Assembly (NCBI GenBank): GCA_977030845.1
Contig: OZ365116.1
Coordinates: forward strand, 17,670,001-17,734,000
DNA from: Fimbriosthenelais zetlandica
Lineage: Eukaryota
Reading direction: 5' to 3'
Length of the DNA stretch: 64,000 bases
Positions 63,815-64,000 of this stretch are shown in pieces; the stretch's first letter is position 1, and every line of letters begins with the position of its first letter. Both the position numbers and the translations under genes were made by a program. The notes below the pieces were generated by a model. The model was not told the DNA's origin. It did not search any database and worked only from the letters and a program-made list of their open reading frames with translations.

Positions 63815-63943
63815 CTGCGCATGTCCTTCTGTCAGCCATCAGGGTGTAGCCTCGGCGACAACTACAGTAGTAGGAGTTAGGTGTGTTGGTACATATGTGA
63901 TCGCAGCCACCATTGTTTATTTGACACTCGTCAATATCCTCAG
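63815..63943 (-). CDS. Calcium-binding EGF-like exon (gene continues beyond the window)
   Basis: ttctag|CT ... GCAG|gtgctt. 129 nt, phase 1-1. Encodes [43 protein letters not shown]. Confidence 0.92.
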
Positions 63944-64000
63944 CTAGAATTAGACATAAGCACAATACACAGAAAGCACCAGGGGATAAAGCTGGCTAAA

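Overview
AT-rich, intron-rich animal genomic DNA from an invertebrate bilaterian. An annelid or other lophotrochozoan is my inference from the MRF sequence. All supported genes are on the minus strand, and most exons are missing from the ORF track and were assembled by hand from splice sites and codon phases. (1) A MyoD-family myogenic bHLH gene spans about 24 kb (coding exons 30672-30715, 28538-29864, 15122-15197, 6790-6944; about 533 aa). It sits among short CpG-rich islets that carry candidate TF sites (DR5 nuclear-receptor element, TCF, T-box, Pax, CRE, CTCF-like). (2) A compact 4-exon gene (39898-41277) encodes a 158-aa secreted protein with a highly divergent CAP/SCP-like domain and has a TATA/CCAAT/RFX promoter. 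(3) A second, paralogous CAP-like module (46549-53272) shares intron positions with (2) and has an acidic tail. (4) Five symmetrical phase-1 calcium-binding EGF-like exons (58919-63943) belong to a gene that starts beyond the right edge and may or may not be fused to (3). Repeats include a piggyBac-type MITE end, a 46-bp minisatellite, a poly-G run and small tandem duplications. No tRNA, rRNA or CRISPR array was found.
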